A DNA stretch of 34,493 nucleotides, taken from positions 1-34,493 of IMG/VR virus record IMGVR_UViG_2698536450_000021; one strand, given 5' to 3'. The position numbers and the translations under genes are program-made. The notes below the pieces were generated by a model. It did no database searches. It saw nothing but the letters and a program-made list of their open reading frames with translations, and had not been told where the DNA came from. This stretch comes from a virus (lineage: Duplodnaviria; Heunggongvirae; Uroviricota; Caudoviricetes). Shown one piece after another: positions 20,479 to 30,232 of the stretch. Position 1 is the first letter of the stretch, and each line of letters opens with the position of its first letter.

Positions 20479-21137
20479 GCTTCCATAAGGATTATAAAAT
20501 GTCGAGCATAATATACTACAGCTCTATAAATAATGCATTTTACCCTGAGCATTTGAAACAAGAATATATTAAATCTAATTCTTTTCCAGCAGATGCAAAA
20601 CCCGTTAAATATTCTGTTTTCGAAGAATTTGCACTTAAACCAGCACCAGAAGGAAAATACAGGTGCGTTGGTGAAGATGGAATGCCATCATGGGCAGATA
20701 TTCCACCACCAACACATGAGGAACAGATTGCCGCAGCCGAATTGAAAAAGCAGCAATTGATTAACCAGGTCAACGAATACATGAACAGTAAACAATGGCC
20801 CGGTAAAGCGGCTATTGGTCGTCTGAAAGGTGAGGAACTGGCGCAATATAATTTGTGGCTGGATTATCTGGACGCACTGGAACTGGTTGATACCTCCAGT
20901 GCTCCAGATATTGAATGGCCTACGCCTCCGGCAGTTCAGGCCAGATGACATCCGGCGCGGTGCTGGTATCTGTTGCCGTCACCGCGTCAATGTAATCCAG
21001 CACGGCGTTAAGTCGGGTGTTTTCTGTCTGCGTCAGCTTCCGCCCGGCCTGTAATTTCAGTTGAATCAGACTGATAGAAGCCATTGCAGCATCAATCAGC
21101 GACTGGCGCTGTGCTTCTGCCGCTTCTACTGCGGCGC
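20140..21137. repeat. 998-bp perfect inverted repeat, left arm (variable H cassette A + Tfa-A + inverted 3' fragment of Tfa-B); partner at 22704-23701
   Basis: Paired coordinates sum to 43841; identical ORF translations appear on opposite strands in the track (e.g. 20475-20948 + and 22893-23366 -). Confidence 0.9.
20499..20948 (+). CDS. tail fibre assembly chaperone, Tfa-A (P2 gpG / Mu U-like)
   Basis: ATG at 20499 after AAGGA; conserved C-terminal Tfa block; follows the fibre gene. Confidence 0.8.
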   Translation: MSSIIYYSSINNAFYPEHLKQEYIKSNSFPADAKPVKYSVFEEFALKPAPEGKYRCVGEDGMPSWADIPPPTHEEQIAAAELKKQQLINQVNEYMNSKQWPGKAAIGRLKGEELAQYNLWLDYLDALELVDTSSAPDIEWPTPPAVQAR

Positions 21138-21138
21138 A

Positions 21139-21821
21139 TGCTGATTACCAGCAGTACGGACAATATCACCCTGAAAATCGACCCTGCTGTAGTGCTGGCA
21201 ACCCGTAAATACGTGGATGATGAAGTCCTGGAATTAAAGCTGTATGTGGATGACCAGATGAGAAACCACATTGCCGCACAAGATCCTCATACCCAGTATG
21301 CGCAGAAACATAATCCGACATTTACCGGAGAACCAAAAGCGCCGACGCCTGCAGCAGGAAATAACACCACGCGGATTGCGACCACTGAGTTTGTTCAGGC
21401 CGCTATTACTGCTCTGATTAACGGTGCGCCAGCCACGCTGGACACACTGAAAGAAATTGCCGCAGCCATTAACAATGACCCGAAATTCAGTACCACCATT
21501 AACAATGCGCTGGCACTAAAAGCGCCGCTGTCGAGTCCGGCACTCACCGGAACGCCAACAGCACCTACTGCGGCGCAGTCGGTCAACAATACACAGATTG
21601 CCACTACGGCTTTTGTGAAATCGGCGATTGCAGGAATGGTGGGTTCTGCACCTGCGGCACTGGATACACTGAACGAACTGGCGGCGGCACTGGGGAATGA
21701 TCCGAACTTTGCCACGACAATGCTTAATGCGCTGGCAGGTAAACAACCGCTGGACAATACGCTTACCAATTTGAGCGGAAAGGATGTATCTGGTCTTCTC
21801 ACATACCTTGGTTTGGGAGAA
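21139..21821. repeat. 683-bp direct repeat, copy 2 (truncated duplicate of the H middle region, ending in crossover site 3)
   Basis: Identical to 19457-20139; junction with the upstream inverted-repeat arm at 21131-21143. Confidence 0.85.
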
Positions 21822-22319
21822 GGTTCGGCATTACCCGTTGGTGTGCCTGTTCCGTGGCCTTCCGCCACTCCGCCAACAGGCTGGCTGAAATGCAACGGTG
21901 CAGCATTTTCTGCTGAAGAATACCCGGAACTGGCAAAGGCTTACCCGACAAATAAATTGCCTGATTTACGTGGTGAGTTTATTCGTGGCTGGGATGACGG
22001 ACGTGGTATGGATACGGGGAGGGCAATATTATCAGCTCAGGGCGATGCCATACGTAATATCTATGGTGAGTTCAGAACTGTAAACACTGAAAATTATTCA
22101 ATATGGGAAACAGCAGGCTCGTTTAAGGGGGCCATAGTGCCATTGAGTCCCTCTACAAACAATAGTTATTTCTCCTTAACCAGAAGTATGGTGACAGAAA
22201 GAGCAGACGGCGCTGTTTACCCAAAAGTGATTGGCCTTGATGCTTCAAGAATTGTTCCAACTGCAAACGAAAATCGACCCCGTAACATTGCCTTTAATTA
22301 TATCGTGAGGGCTGCCTGA
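21139..22319 (+). CDS. promoterless alternative tail-fibre cassette: duplicated H middle segment fused to a distinct C-terminal domain (cassette B)
   Basis: In-frame continuation through site 3 into a different C-terminus (GSALPVGVPVPWPSATPPTGWLKCNGAAFSAEEYPELA...), a collar/receptor-binding-type tail-fibre end; lacks the H N-terminus, so probably silent in this configuration. Confidence 0.55.
21796..21821. repeat. gix/hix-like crossover site 3 (identical to site 1, direct orientation)
   Basis: Same 26 bp as 20114-20139; sequence diverges from the H copy immediately after it (variable cassette B). Confidence 0.6.
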
Positions 22320-22921
22320 TGGAGAAAGCTATATTAAATAAGGAACTCATCGCCACAAAGGCGGGAGATATTACCGTTTATAATTATGATGGTGAAACGC
22401 GGGAATATATTTCTACATCAACTGAATATCTTGCTGTTGGCGTCGGTATCCCGGCATGTTCTTGTTTAGATGCGCCAGTTACACATAAAGCTGGTTATGC
22501 TATCTGCCGCTCAGCAGATTTTAACTCATGGGAATATGTGCCAGACCATCGCGGTGAAATTGTCTATAACACCGAAACGGGAGATGCCAAAGAAATCACA
22601 GCACCAGGCGACTATCCCGAAAAAACAACCACTCTCGCACCGTTAACGCCATACGATAAATGGGATGGTGAGAAATGGGTGACCGATACTGAGGCACAGC
22701 ATAGCGCCGCAGTAGAAGCGGCAGAAGCACAGCGCCAGTCGCTGATTGATGCTGCAATGGCTTCTATCAGTCTGATTCAACTGAAATTACAGGCCGGGCG
22801 GAAGCTGACGCAGACAGAAAACACCCGACTTAACGCCGTGCTGGATTACATTGACGCGGTGACGGCAACAGATACCAGCACCGCGCCGGATGTCATCTGG
22901 CCTGAACTGCCGGAGGCGTAG
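22319..22921 (+). CDS. tail fibre assembly chaperone, Tfa-B (paired with cassette B)
   Basis: 200 aa, C-terminal block TAPDVIWPELPEA similar to Tfa-A; 3' end overlaps the inverted Tfa-A' gene convergently by 29 bp. Confidence 0.8.
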   Translation: MEKAILNKELIATKAGDITVYNYDGETREYISTSTEYLAVGVGIPACSCLDAPVTHKAGYAICRSADFNSWEYVPDHRGEIVYNTETGDAKEITAPGDYPEKTTTLAPLTPYDKWDGEKWVTDTEAQHSAAVEAAEAQRQSLIDAAMASISLIQLKLQAGRKLTQTENTRLNAVLDYIDAVTATDTSTAPDVIWPELPEA

Positions 22922-23342
22922 GCCATTCAATATCTGGAGCACTGGAGGTATCAACCAGTTCCAGTGCGTCCAGATAATCCAGCCACAAATTATATTGCGC
23001 CAGTTCCTCACCTTTCAGACGACCAATAGCCGCTTTACCGGGCCATTGTTTACTGTTCATGTATTCGTTGACCTGGTTAATCAATTGCTGCTTTTTCAAT
23101 TCGGCTGCGGCAATCTGTTCCTCATGTGTTGGTGGTGGAATATCTGCCCATGATGGCATTCCATCTTCACCAACGCACCTGTATTTTCCTTCTGGTGCTG
23201 GTTTAAGTGCAAATTCTTCGAAAACAGAATATTTAACGGGTTTTGCATCTGCTGGAAAAGAATTAGATTTAATATATTCTTGTTTCAAATGCTCAGGGTA
23301 AAATGCATTATTTATAGAGCTGTAGTATATTATGCTCGACAT
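22893..23342 (-). CDS. tail fibre assembly chaperone, Tfa-A' (identical inverted copy of Tfa-A)
   Basis: Track ORF 22893-23366 (-) translates identically to 20475-20948 (+). Confidence 0.8.
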   Translation of the reverse strand: MSSIIYYSSINNAFYPEHLKQEYIKSNSFPADAKPVKYSVFEEFALKPAPEGKYRCVGEDGMPSWADIPPPTHEEQIAAAELKKQQLINQVNEYMNSKQWPGKAAIGRLKGEELAQYNLWLDYLDALELVDTSSAPDIEWPTPPAVQAR

Positions 23343-23362
23343 TTTATAATCCTTATGGAAGC

Positions 23363-23701
23363 TCAATATCCCAGTACCAGAAAATCACCTGTTTCAGTTG
23401 CGGCTGAAGTTGATATAGTCCTTGCAGCACAAATGGCCTTTAATTCTGTTTTTGTTAGTTCGGACACTCCCCAGGAATTAATACCTATTGGGCCTGTGGA
23501 TACTGCGGTTTTTTCAGCAATAAATGCCATAAATGCAGAATTTGGAAAAGCAATAGGATAACTTCCTGTTGCAACACCAGTTTTACTATCAGAAGGTCCG
23601 ATTCTTCCCCATTGGATAATAAAAGACTTCCCCTCTATAACAGGGATTTTTATCCAGCCAGATGATGATAAAGAGCCACTAATCGCAGGCAATTTGGCCG
23701 C
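23363..23701 (-). CDS. inverted copy of variable tail-fibre C-terminal cassette A (start-less cassette that would be fused to H after inversion)
   Basis: Track ORF 23363-23755 (-) translates to the same C-terminal 113 aa as H (AAKLPAISGSL...FLVLGY). Confidence 0.7.
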   Translation of the reverse strand, partial: AAKLPAISGSLSSSGWIKIPVIEGKSFIIQWGRIGPSDSKTGVATGSYPIAFPNSAFMAFIAEKTAVSTGPIGINSWGVSELTKTELKAICAARTISTSAATETGDFLVLGY

Positions 23702-23727
23702 TTCTCCCAAACCAACGTTTAAGAAAA
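23702..23727. repeat. gix/hix-like crossover site 2 (inverted relative to sites 1 and 3)
   Basis: TTCTCCCAAACC AA CGTTTAAGAAAA; its inner half-site is the reverse complement of the inner half of site 1; lies 55 bp upstream of the invertase start. Confidence 0.55.
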
Positions 23728-23782
23728 TGCAGCGATTACGACTAACTGGCATCATCCCCGGTTTTTATTCAGGGGATTGATC

Positions 23783-24349
23783 ATGCTTATTGGCTATGTA
23801 CGCGTGTCAACAAATGACCAGAACACCGATTTGCAACGTAATGCACTGAACTGCGCGGGATGTGAGCGGATTTTTGAGGACAAAATCAGTGGCACTAAGT
23901 CCGACAGACCGGGGCTTAAAAAACTGCTCAGGACACTATCGGCAGGTGACACACTGGTTGTCTGGAAGCTGGACAGGTTGGGGCGCAGTATGCGGCATCT
24001 CGTTACGCTGATAGAAGATCTGCGCCAGCGTGGCGTGAATTTCCGAAGCCTGACTGACAGTATTGATACCAGTACCTCAATGGGCCGTTTCTTTTTTCAT
24101 GTCATGGGGGCCCTGGCTGAAATGGAACGCGAACTGATAGTTGAACGTACCAGGGCAGGGCTGGCTGCAGCTCGCGCCAAAGGCAGAGTAGGTGGACGCC
24201 GTCCTAAGTTGACTACCGAACAGTGGGCACAGATTGGACGTTTACTCGAGGCCGGAGAATCAAGACAGCGTATTGCACTGATTTTTGATGTGGGCGTTTC
24301 TACCATTTATAGAAAATTTCCGGCGAATGAGAACAATGAATCGCCCTGA
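23783..24349 (+). CDS. serine-recombinase DNA invertase (Gin/Pin/Cin/Hin family)
   Basis: MLIGYVRVSTNDQNTDLQRNAL... with catalytic Ser in the YVRVS motif and a C-terminal HTH; near-collinear by eye with Gin/Pin. Confidence 0.9.
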   Translation: MLIGYVRVSTNDQNTDLQRNALNCAGCERIFEDKISGTKSDRPGLKKLLRTLSAGDTLVVWKLDRLGRSMRHLVTLIEDLRQRGVNFRSLTDSIDTSTSMGRFFFHVMGALAEMERELIVERTRAGLAAARAKGRVGGRRPKLTTEQWAQIGRLLEAGESRQRIALIFDVGVSTIYRKFPANENNESP

Positions 24350-24397
24350 GTCAGCATTATTTTGATTTTTCCTGTAAGCGGACAAATACCGTTATTT

Positions 24398-24415
24398 TGT
24401 GTGAATAACGACACA
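24398..24415. promoter_or_regulatory. Ogr-type late-promoter dyad TGT-N12-ACA upstream of the tail sheath operon
   Basis: TGTGTGAATAACGACACA, 77 bp upstream of the FI start. Confidence 0.45.
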
Positions 24416-24491
24416 ACTGCGCTTAGCTGTTTGTCAGGCACAATCACTTCAACATAGGGCGAAGCCTAATCCAATCAGGAGGTTCGCCACT

Positions 24492-25664
24492 ATGGCTCAG
24501 GATTACCACCACGGAGTGCGCGTTGTTGAAGTCAACGAAGGCACCCGATCCATTACCACGGTGAGCACCGCCATCGTGGGTATGGTCTGCACGGGCGATG
24601 ATGCCGATGCAAAAATGTTTCCTCTTAATAAACCCGTGCTGATCACTGATGTGCTGACTGCCAGCGGTAAAGCGGGTGAGTCCGGTACGCTGGCCCGTTC
24701 GCTGGACGCCATCGCTGACCAGGCAAAACCCGTGACCGTTGTTGTGCGTGTGCCGCAGGGTGAAACGGAAGAAGAAACCACGACCAATATCATCGGAGCA
24801 GTGACCGCTGAAGGTAAAAAAACAGGCATGAAAGCCCTGTTATCTGCCCAGTCACAGCTCGGCGTTAAACCGCGCATTCTCGGCGTGCCAGGTCACGATA
24901 ACAAAGCCGTTGCTACTGAGTTGCTGAGTGTGGCGCAAAGCCTGCGTGGGTTTGCTTACCTGTCAGCGTATGGCTGCAAGACGGTGCAGGAGGCGATCAC
25001 TTACCGTGAAAACTTCAGCCAGCGCGAAGGAATGCTGATCTGGCCCGACTTTACTGGCTGGGACACGGTGCTGAATGCCGAAGCAACGGCATATGCCACC
25101 GCCCGTGCGCTTGGTCTGCGCGCAAAAATTGACGAGCAGACCGGATGGCACAAAAGCCTGTCCAATGTGGGCGTTAACGGTGTCACCGGAATTTCTGCTG
25201 ATGTGTTCTGGGATCTGCAGGACACGGCAACCGATGCTGGACTGCTGAACCAGAACGACGTCACCACCCTTATCCGCAAAGACGGTTTCCGCTTCTGGGG
25301 TTCCCGCTGCCTGAGTGATGACCCGCTCTTTGCCTTCGAAAACTACACCCGCACGGCGCAGGTGCTGATGGACACGATGGCAGAAGCACACATGTGGGCG
25401 GTGGATAAACCGCTTAACCCGTCGCTGGCCCGGGACATTATCGAAGGTATCCGCGCCAAAATGCGCAGCCTGGTCAGTCAGGGCTATCTCATTGGTGGCG
25501 ATTGCTGGCTGGATGAGTCGGTGAACGACAAAGACACTCTGAAAGCCGGAAAACTCACCATCGATTACGACTACACGCCAGTGCCACCACTTGAAAACCT
25601 GATGCTGCGTCAGCGCATCACCGATCAGTACCTGGTGAATTTCGCCAGCCAGGTCAGCGCGTAA
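24492..25664 (+). CDS. contractile tail sheath protein (P2 gpFI-like)
   Basis: 390 aa; size and position after the tail-fibre genes match FI. Confidence 0.88.
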   Translation: MAQDYHHGVRVVEVNEGTRSITTVSTAIVGMVCTGDDADAKMFPLNKPVLITDVLTASGKAGESGTLARSLDAIADQAKPVTVVVRVPQGETEEETTTNIIGAVTAEGKKTGMKALLSAQSQLGVKPRILGVPGHDNKAVATELLSVAQSLRGFAYLSAYGCKTVQEAITYRENFSQREGMLIWPDFTGWDTVLNAEATAYATARALGLRAKIDEQTGWHKSLSNVGVNGVTGISADVFWDLQDTATDAGLLNQNDVTTLIRKDGFRFWGSRCLSDDPLFAFENYTRTAQVLMDTMAEAHMWAVDKPLNPSLARDIIEGIRAKMRSLVSQGYLIGGDCWLDESVNDKDTLKAGKLTIDYDYTPVPPLENLMLRQRITDQYLVNFASQVSA

Positions 25665-25673
25665 GGGGACAAC

Positions 25674-26189
25674 ATGGCTTTACCACGTAAATTAAAACAC
25701 CTGAACCTGTTTAACGACGGGAATAACTGGCAGGGGATCGTTGAGTCGCTGACGCTGCCGAAATTCACCCGCAAATATGAGAAGTATCGCGGCGGCGGAA
25801 TGCCGGGTGCAGTGGATGTGGATCTGGGGCTTGATGACAGTGCGCTGGACACAGAATTTTCCATTGGTGGTACTGAACTGCTGCTGTTTAAACAGATGGG
25901 CAAAGCCACGGTGGATGGCATCCAGTTGCGCTTTACCGGCTCTATCCAGCGTGATGATACCGGGGAAGTGCAGGCCGTGGAGCTTGTGGTGCGTGGACGT
26001 CACAAAGAAGTGGATTCCGGCGAGTGGAAGACGGGCGAAAGCAACACCACCAAAGTGACCAGTACCAACAGCTACGCGAAGCTGACTATCAATGGTGAGG
26101 TGCTCTATGAAGTGGACCTTATCAACATGGTGGAAATTGTGGACGGTGTGGACTTGATGGAAGCGCACCGCAACGCCCTCGGCCTCTGA
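25674..26189 (+). CDS. tail tube protein (P2 gpFII-like)
   Basis: 171 aa directly after the sheath gene. Confidence 0.88.
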   Translation: MALPRKLKHLNLFNDGNNWQGIVESLTLPKFTRKYEKYRGGGMPGAVDVDLGLDDSALDTEFSIGGTELLLFKQMGKATVDGIQLRFTGSIQRDDTGEVQAVELVVRGRHKEVDSGEWKTGESNTTKVTSTNSYAKLTINGEVLYEVDLINMVEIVDGVDLMEAHRNALGL

Positions 26190-26243
26190 TGTATCTGAAC
26201 GGCGCGGAATGCCGCGCCAGAACCCAATTTACAGGACAGCAAA

Positions 26244-26546
26244 ATGAGCGATAAGCAGACTGAAAAGACCATTCTACTGGATACCCCCATCATGCGTGGT
26301 AAAACAGAAATTACCGAAATTGTGCTGCGTAAACCGCAGTCCGGTGCGCTGCGCGGTACACGCCTGCAGGCCATTATGGATATGGATGTGAACGCGATGA
26401 TGACCGTGATCCCCCGCATCTCCAGCCCGGCGCTGACTGCACAGGAAATTGCAGAGATGGACCCGGCAGATCTCACTGCCATGTCGGTTGAGGTTGTCAC
26501 TTTTTTGTTGAAGAAGTCGGTGCTTGCCGGTTTACCGACAGCCTGA
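26244..26546 (+). CDS. tail assembly chaperone E (P2 gpE-like)
   Basis: 100-aa ORF before the tape-measure gene, containing a slippery heptamer near its 3' end. Confidence 0.8.
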   Translation: MSDKQTEKTILLDTPIMRGKTEITEIVLRKPQSGALRGTRLQAIMDMDVNAMMTVIPRISSPALTAQEIAEMDPADLTAMSVEVVTFLLKKSVLAGLPTA

Positions 26547-26680
26547 CGGTTGACGATCTGGTGGCAGATATCGCCACCATTTTTCACTGGCCGCCATCCG
26601 TTACTGACGTTATGCCGCTGACCGAAGTGCTGGAATGGCGGTATAAAGCGATTCAGAGAAGCGGGGCTAACGATGAGTGA
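26244..26680 (+). CDS. E+E' frameshift-extended tail chaperone (programmed -1 frameshift at T TTT TTG, 26501-26507)
   Basis: Slippery heptamer in the 0 frame of E; the -1 frame stays open to TGA at 26678-26680, overlapping the tape-measure start, as in P2 E/E'. Confidence 0.6.
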
Positions 26681-29600
26681 TAATAACCTGCGCCTGCAGG
26701 TCATTCTTAATGCGGTTGACAAACTCACCCGCCCATTCCGTGCTGCACAGGCCAGTTCGAAAGAGCTGGCTGGCGCAATTCAGAATACCCGAAACAGCCT
26801 CAAAGAATTGAATAAGCAGGCTGGCAGAATTGATGAATTTCGCAAGACGCGCTCGCAACTAGCCATAACAGCCAACAACCTGAACGCAGCCCGCGAAGAG
26901 GCGGCAAAACTCGCCACACAATTTGCTGCCACTAACAGGCCAACCGCCGCGCAGGCAAAGTTATTCAGTCAGGCCAAAACACGAGTACAGGAACTTCAGC
27001 AGACCTATAACGGCTTGTTGGGGGCGGTCCAGAGACAACGTCAGGCACTTAAAGAATCAGGGATTGATACCAGACAACTCAGTAGTGCCCAGCGAGAACT
27101 TAAGAAAAATGCTGAAGAAACAAGGCAGGCACTGGAGGGCCAGCAAAAAGCACTTAAACGTCTGGGTGAGCAACAGGCACGGATGAACGCTGCCAGAGAA
27201 CAATACTCAAGACGGCTTGAAGTGCGCGATCGCATCGCAGGAGCCGGAGCCACTACCACGGCTGCAGGGCTGGCAATGGGTGCGCCAGTGATGGCGGCAG
27301 TAAAAAGCTATACCAGCATGGAAGATGCCATGAAAGGTGTGGCAAAGCAGGTCAATGGTCTGCGTGACGATAATGGCAACCGCACTGCACGTTTTTATGA
27401 AATGCAGGATGCCATCAAGGCTGCCAGCGAACAGTTGCCGATGGAAAACGGTGCGGTGGACTTCGCTGCACTGGTTGAAGGTGGTGCGCGCATGAACGTC
27501 GCAAACCCTGACGACAGTTGGGAAGACCAGAAACGTGACCTGCTGGCCTTCGCCAGTACGGCAGCAAAGGCGGCAACAGCCTTTGAGCTGCCAGCGGATG
27601 AACTGTCAGAAAGTCTGGGGAAAATCGCCCAGCTCTACAAAATACCTACCCGCAATATTGAACAGCTCGGCGATGCGCTGAACTATCTGGATGATAACGC
27701 CATGTCGAAAGGGGCGGACATCATTGATGTGATGCAACGTCTGGGCGGTGTGGCTGACCGTCTGGATTATCGTAAAGCGGCGGCACTGGGTTCCACCTTT
27801 CTGACACTGGGTGCTGCGCCGGAGGTTGCAGCCAGTGCAGCAAACGCGATGGTGCGTGAATTGTCCATTGCCACCATGCAAAGCAAGAGTTTCTTTGAAG
27901 GGATGAATCTGCTGAAACTCAATCCTGAAGTGATTGAAAAGCAGATGACGAAGGATGCGATGGGAACTATCCAGCGTGTGCTGGAGAAGGTGAACGCACT
28001 GCCGCAGGACAAGCGTCTGTCTGCCATGACCATGTTGTTTGGTAAAGAGTTTGGTGATGATGCAGCGAAACTGGCGAACAACCTTCCGGAACTGCAGCGC
28101 CAGCTAAAACTGACAGCGGGCAATGATGCGCTCGGTTCCATGCAGAAAGAATCCGACATCAACAAAGACTCACTTTCCGCTCAGTGGTTGCTGGTCAAAA
28201 CCGGAGCGCAGAACACCTTCAGCAGCCTGGGCGAAACGCTGCGCCAGCCGCTGATGGATATTCTGTACACGGTGAAAAGCATTACGGGGGCGTTGCGCCG
28301 CTGGGTGGAAGCTAACCCGGAACTGACAGGCACACTGATGAAAGTAGCGGCTGTTGTGGCTGCGGTTACCGTAGGCCTCGGCACCTTAGCGGTGGCGCTG
28401 GCTGCAGTGCTGGGGCCGCTGGCAGTGATCCGTCTGGGATTCTCTGTGCTGGGTATCAAAACGTTACCTTCCGTTACGGCAGCAGTAACTCGAACCAGCA
28501 ACGCGTTGTCCTGGCTGGCTGGCGCTCCACTGGCACTGCTGCGACGCGGGCTTGCTTCATCGGGCAACGCCGCAGGTTTACTTACTGCGCCGTTGTCGTC
28601 TTTGCGCCGCACGGCATCACTGACGGGAAATGTCCTGAAAACTGTAGCAGGTGCGCCAGTTGCACTTTTGCGGTCTGGATTATCCGGTTTACGTGCTGTT
28701 GCTGTGATGTTTATGAATCCTCTGGCGGTACTGCGCGGTGGACTGGCCGCCGCAGGCTCGGTGCTGCGAGTACTGGCATCTGGTCCACTGGCGATGCTGC
28801 GCGTTGCCCTGTATGCCGTATCTGGTCTGTTAGGTGCTCTGCTCAGTCCGATAGGTCTTGTGGTTACTGCACTGGCGGGCGTGGCGCTGGTTGTCTGGAA
28901 ATACTGGCAACCCATCACCGCATTTCTCGGTGGCGTGGTGGAAGGATTCAAAGCGGCGGCAGGTTCCGTCAGTGAAGCATTCGAACCGCTTAAGCCCGTG
29001 TTCCAGTGGATTGGCGACAAAGTACAGGCGCTGTGGGACTGGTTTACTGATCTGCTGACGCCTGTTAAGTCGACCTCTGCCGAACTGCAGAGTGCAGCGG
29101 CAATGGGGCGACGATTCGGGGAGGCACTGGCGGAAGGGCTGAATATGGTCATGCATCCGCTGGACTCCCTGAAATCCGGCGTTTCCTGGTTGCTTGATAA
29201 ACTCGGCATTGTCAGTAAAGAGGCTGCAAAGGCGAAACTGCCGGAAAGCGTGACGCGTCAGCAACCTGCGACGGTGAATGCAGACGGTAAAGTGATGATG
29301 CCATCGGGTGGTTTTCCGTCATGGGGATATGGCTTTGCGGGGATGTATGACAGCGGCGGCTATATCCCGCGCGGGCAGTTCGGCATTGTCGGTGAAAACG
29401 GGCCTGAAATTGTCAACGGTCCGGCAAACGTGACCAGCCGGAGAAATACAGCTGCACTGGCTGCGGTTGTCGCCGGAATGATGGGCGTTGCTGCCGCGCC
29501 AGCAGAGCTTCCACCGTTACATCCTTTGGCGCTTCCCGCGAAAGGCGGCGAAGCGATGGTGAGTCGCGCAGCTACAGTGCCGCCCGTTCACCGGATTGAG

Positions 29601-29750
29601 GCACCGACGCAGATCATCATCCAGACGCAGCCAGGACAAAGTGCGCAGGATATTGCGCGGGAGGTGGCACGCCAGCTTGATGAACGTGAACGCAGGCTGA
29701 AGGCAAAAGCCAGGAGTAACTACAGCGATCAGGGGGGATACGACGCATGA
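26673..29750 (+). CDS. tail tape measure protein (P2 gpT-like)
   Basis: 1025 aa; coiled-coil N-terminal half and Gly/Ala-rich repetitive hydrophobic middle region. Confidence 0.9.
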   Translation: MSDNNLRLQVILNAVDKLTRPFRAAQASSKELAGAIQNTRNSLKELNKQAGRIDEFRKTRSQLAITANNLNAAREEAAKLATQFAATNRPTAAQAKLFSQAKTRVQELQQTYNGLLGAVQRQRQALKESGIDTRQLSSAQRELKKNAEETRQALEGQQKALKRLGEQQARMNAAREQYSRRLEVRDRIAGAGATTTAAGLAMGAPVMAAVKSYTSMEDAMKGVAKQVNGLRDDNGNRTARFYEMQDAIKAASEQLPMENGAVDFAALVEGGARMNVANPDDSWEDQKRDLLAFASTAAKAATAFELPADELSESLGKIAQLYKIPTRNIEQLGDALNYLDDNAMSKGADIIDVMQRLGGVADRLDYRKAAALGSTFLTLGAAPEVAASAANAMVRELSIATMQSKSFFEGMNLLKLNPEVIEKQMTKDAMGTIQRVLEKVNALPQDKRLSAMTMLFGKEFGDDAAKLANNLPELQRQLKLTAGNDALGSMQKESDINKDSLSAQWLLVKTGAQNTFSSLGETLRQPLMDILYTVKSITGALRRWVEANPELTGTLMKVAAVVAAVTVGLGTLAVALAAVLGPLAVIRLGFSVLGIKTLPSVTAAVTRTSNALSWLAGAPLALLRRGLASSGNAAGLLTAPLSSLRRTASLTGNVLKTVAGAPVALLRSGLSGLRAVAVMFMNPLAVLRGGLAAAGSVLRVLASGPLAMLRVALYAVSGLLGALLSPIGLVVTALAGVALVVWKYWQPITAFLGGVVEGFKAAAGSVSEAFEPLKPVFQWIGDKVQALWDWFTDLLTPVKSTSAELQSAAAMGRRFGEALAEGLNMVMHPLDSLKSGVSWLLDKLGIVSKEAAKAKLPESVTRQQPATVNADGKVMMPSGGFPSWGYGFAGMYDSGGYIPRGQFGIVGENGPEIVNGPANVTSRRNTAALAAVVAGMMGVAAAPAELPPLHPLALPAKGGEAMVSRAATVPPVHRIEAPTQIIIQTQPGQSAQDIAREVARQLDERERRLKAKARSNYSDQGGYDA

Positions 29751-30232
29751 TGATGGTGCTGGGATTGTACGTGTTTATGCTGCGCACCGTGCCGTATCAG
29801 GAGCTGCAGTATCAACGCAGCTGGCGACATGCGGCAAACAGCCGGGTAAACCGACGTCCGTCCACGCAGTTTCTGGGACCGGACAACGACATGCTGACGC
29901 TTTCCGGTGTTCTTATGCCGGAGATAACAGGTGGCAGGCTGTCGTTGCTGGCACTGGAGCAGATGGCAGAACAGGGGAAAGCATGGCCCCTGATTGAAGG
30001 CAGCGGCACGATTTATGGCATGTATGTGATTGAGGGACTGAATCAGACTAAAACGGAGTTTTTCCGCGACGGTATGCCGCGCCGGATTGAATTCACCCTG
30101 TCGCTCAAACGGGTGGATGAATCCCTGTCCGATATGTTCGGTGATCTCAGTGTGCAACTGAATAATCTGCAGGAAACGGCAACATCTGCCTTAAGCGATA
30201 TAAGTAAAACGGTGGGAGGGCTGCTGTCGTGA
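29747..30232 (+). CDS. tail protein U (P2 gpU-like)
   Basis: 161 aa after the tape-measure gene; start overlaps the T stop. Confidence 0.85.
   Translation: MMMVLGLYVFMLRTVPYQELQYQRSWRHAANSRVNRRPSTQFLGPDNDMLTLSGVLMPEITGGRLSLLALEQMAEQGKAWPLIEGSGTIYGMYVIEGLNQTKTEFFRDGMPRRIEFTLSLKRVDESLSDMFGDLSVQLNNLQETATSALSDISKTVGGLLS

Larger units (their letters stand above)
22704..23701. repeat. 998-bp perfect inverted repeat, right arm
   Basis: Reverse complement of 20140-21137. Confidence 0.9.

Noticed and set aside
20688-21054. Short ORFs 20688-20951 (-) and 20830-21054 (+), with identical mirror copies at 22890-23153 and 22787-23011
   Set aside because: They duplicate only because they lie in the 998-bp inverted repeat; they are antisense to or overlap the Tfa genes and have no coding support.
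28181-29209. 342-aa ORF on the - strand
   Set aside because: Antisense to the tape-measure gene; low-complexity Ala/Ser/Pro/Arg-rich translation characteristic of a mirror-frame artefact.
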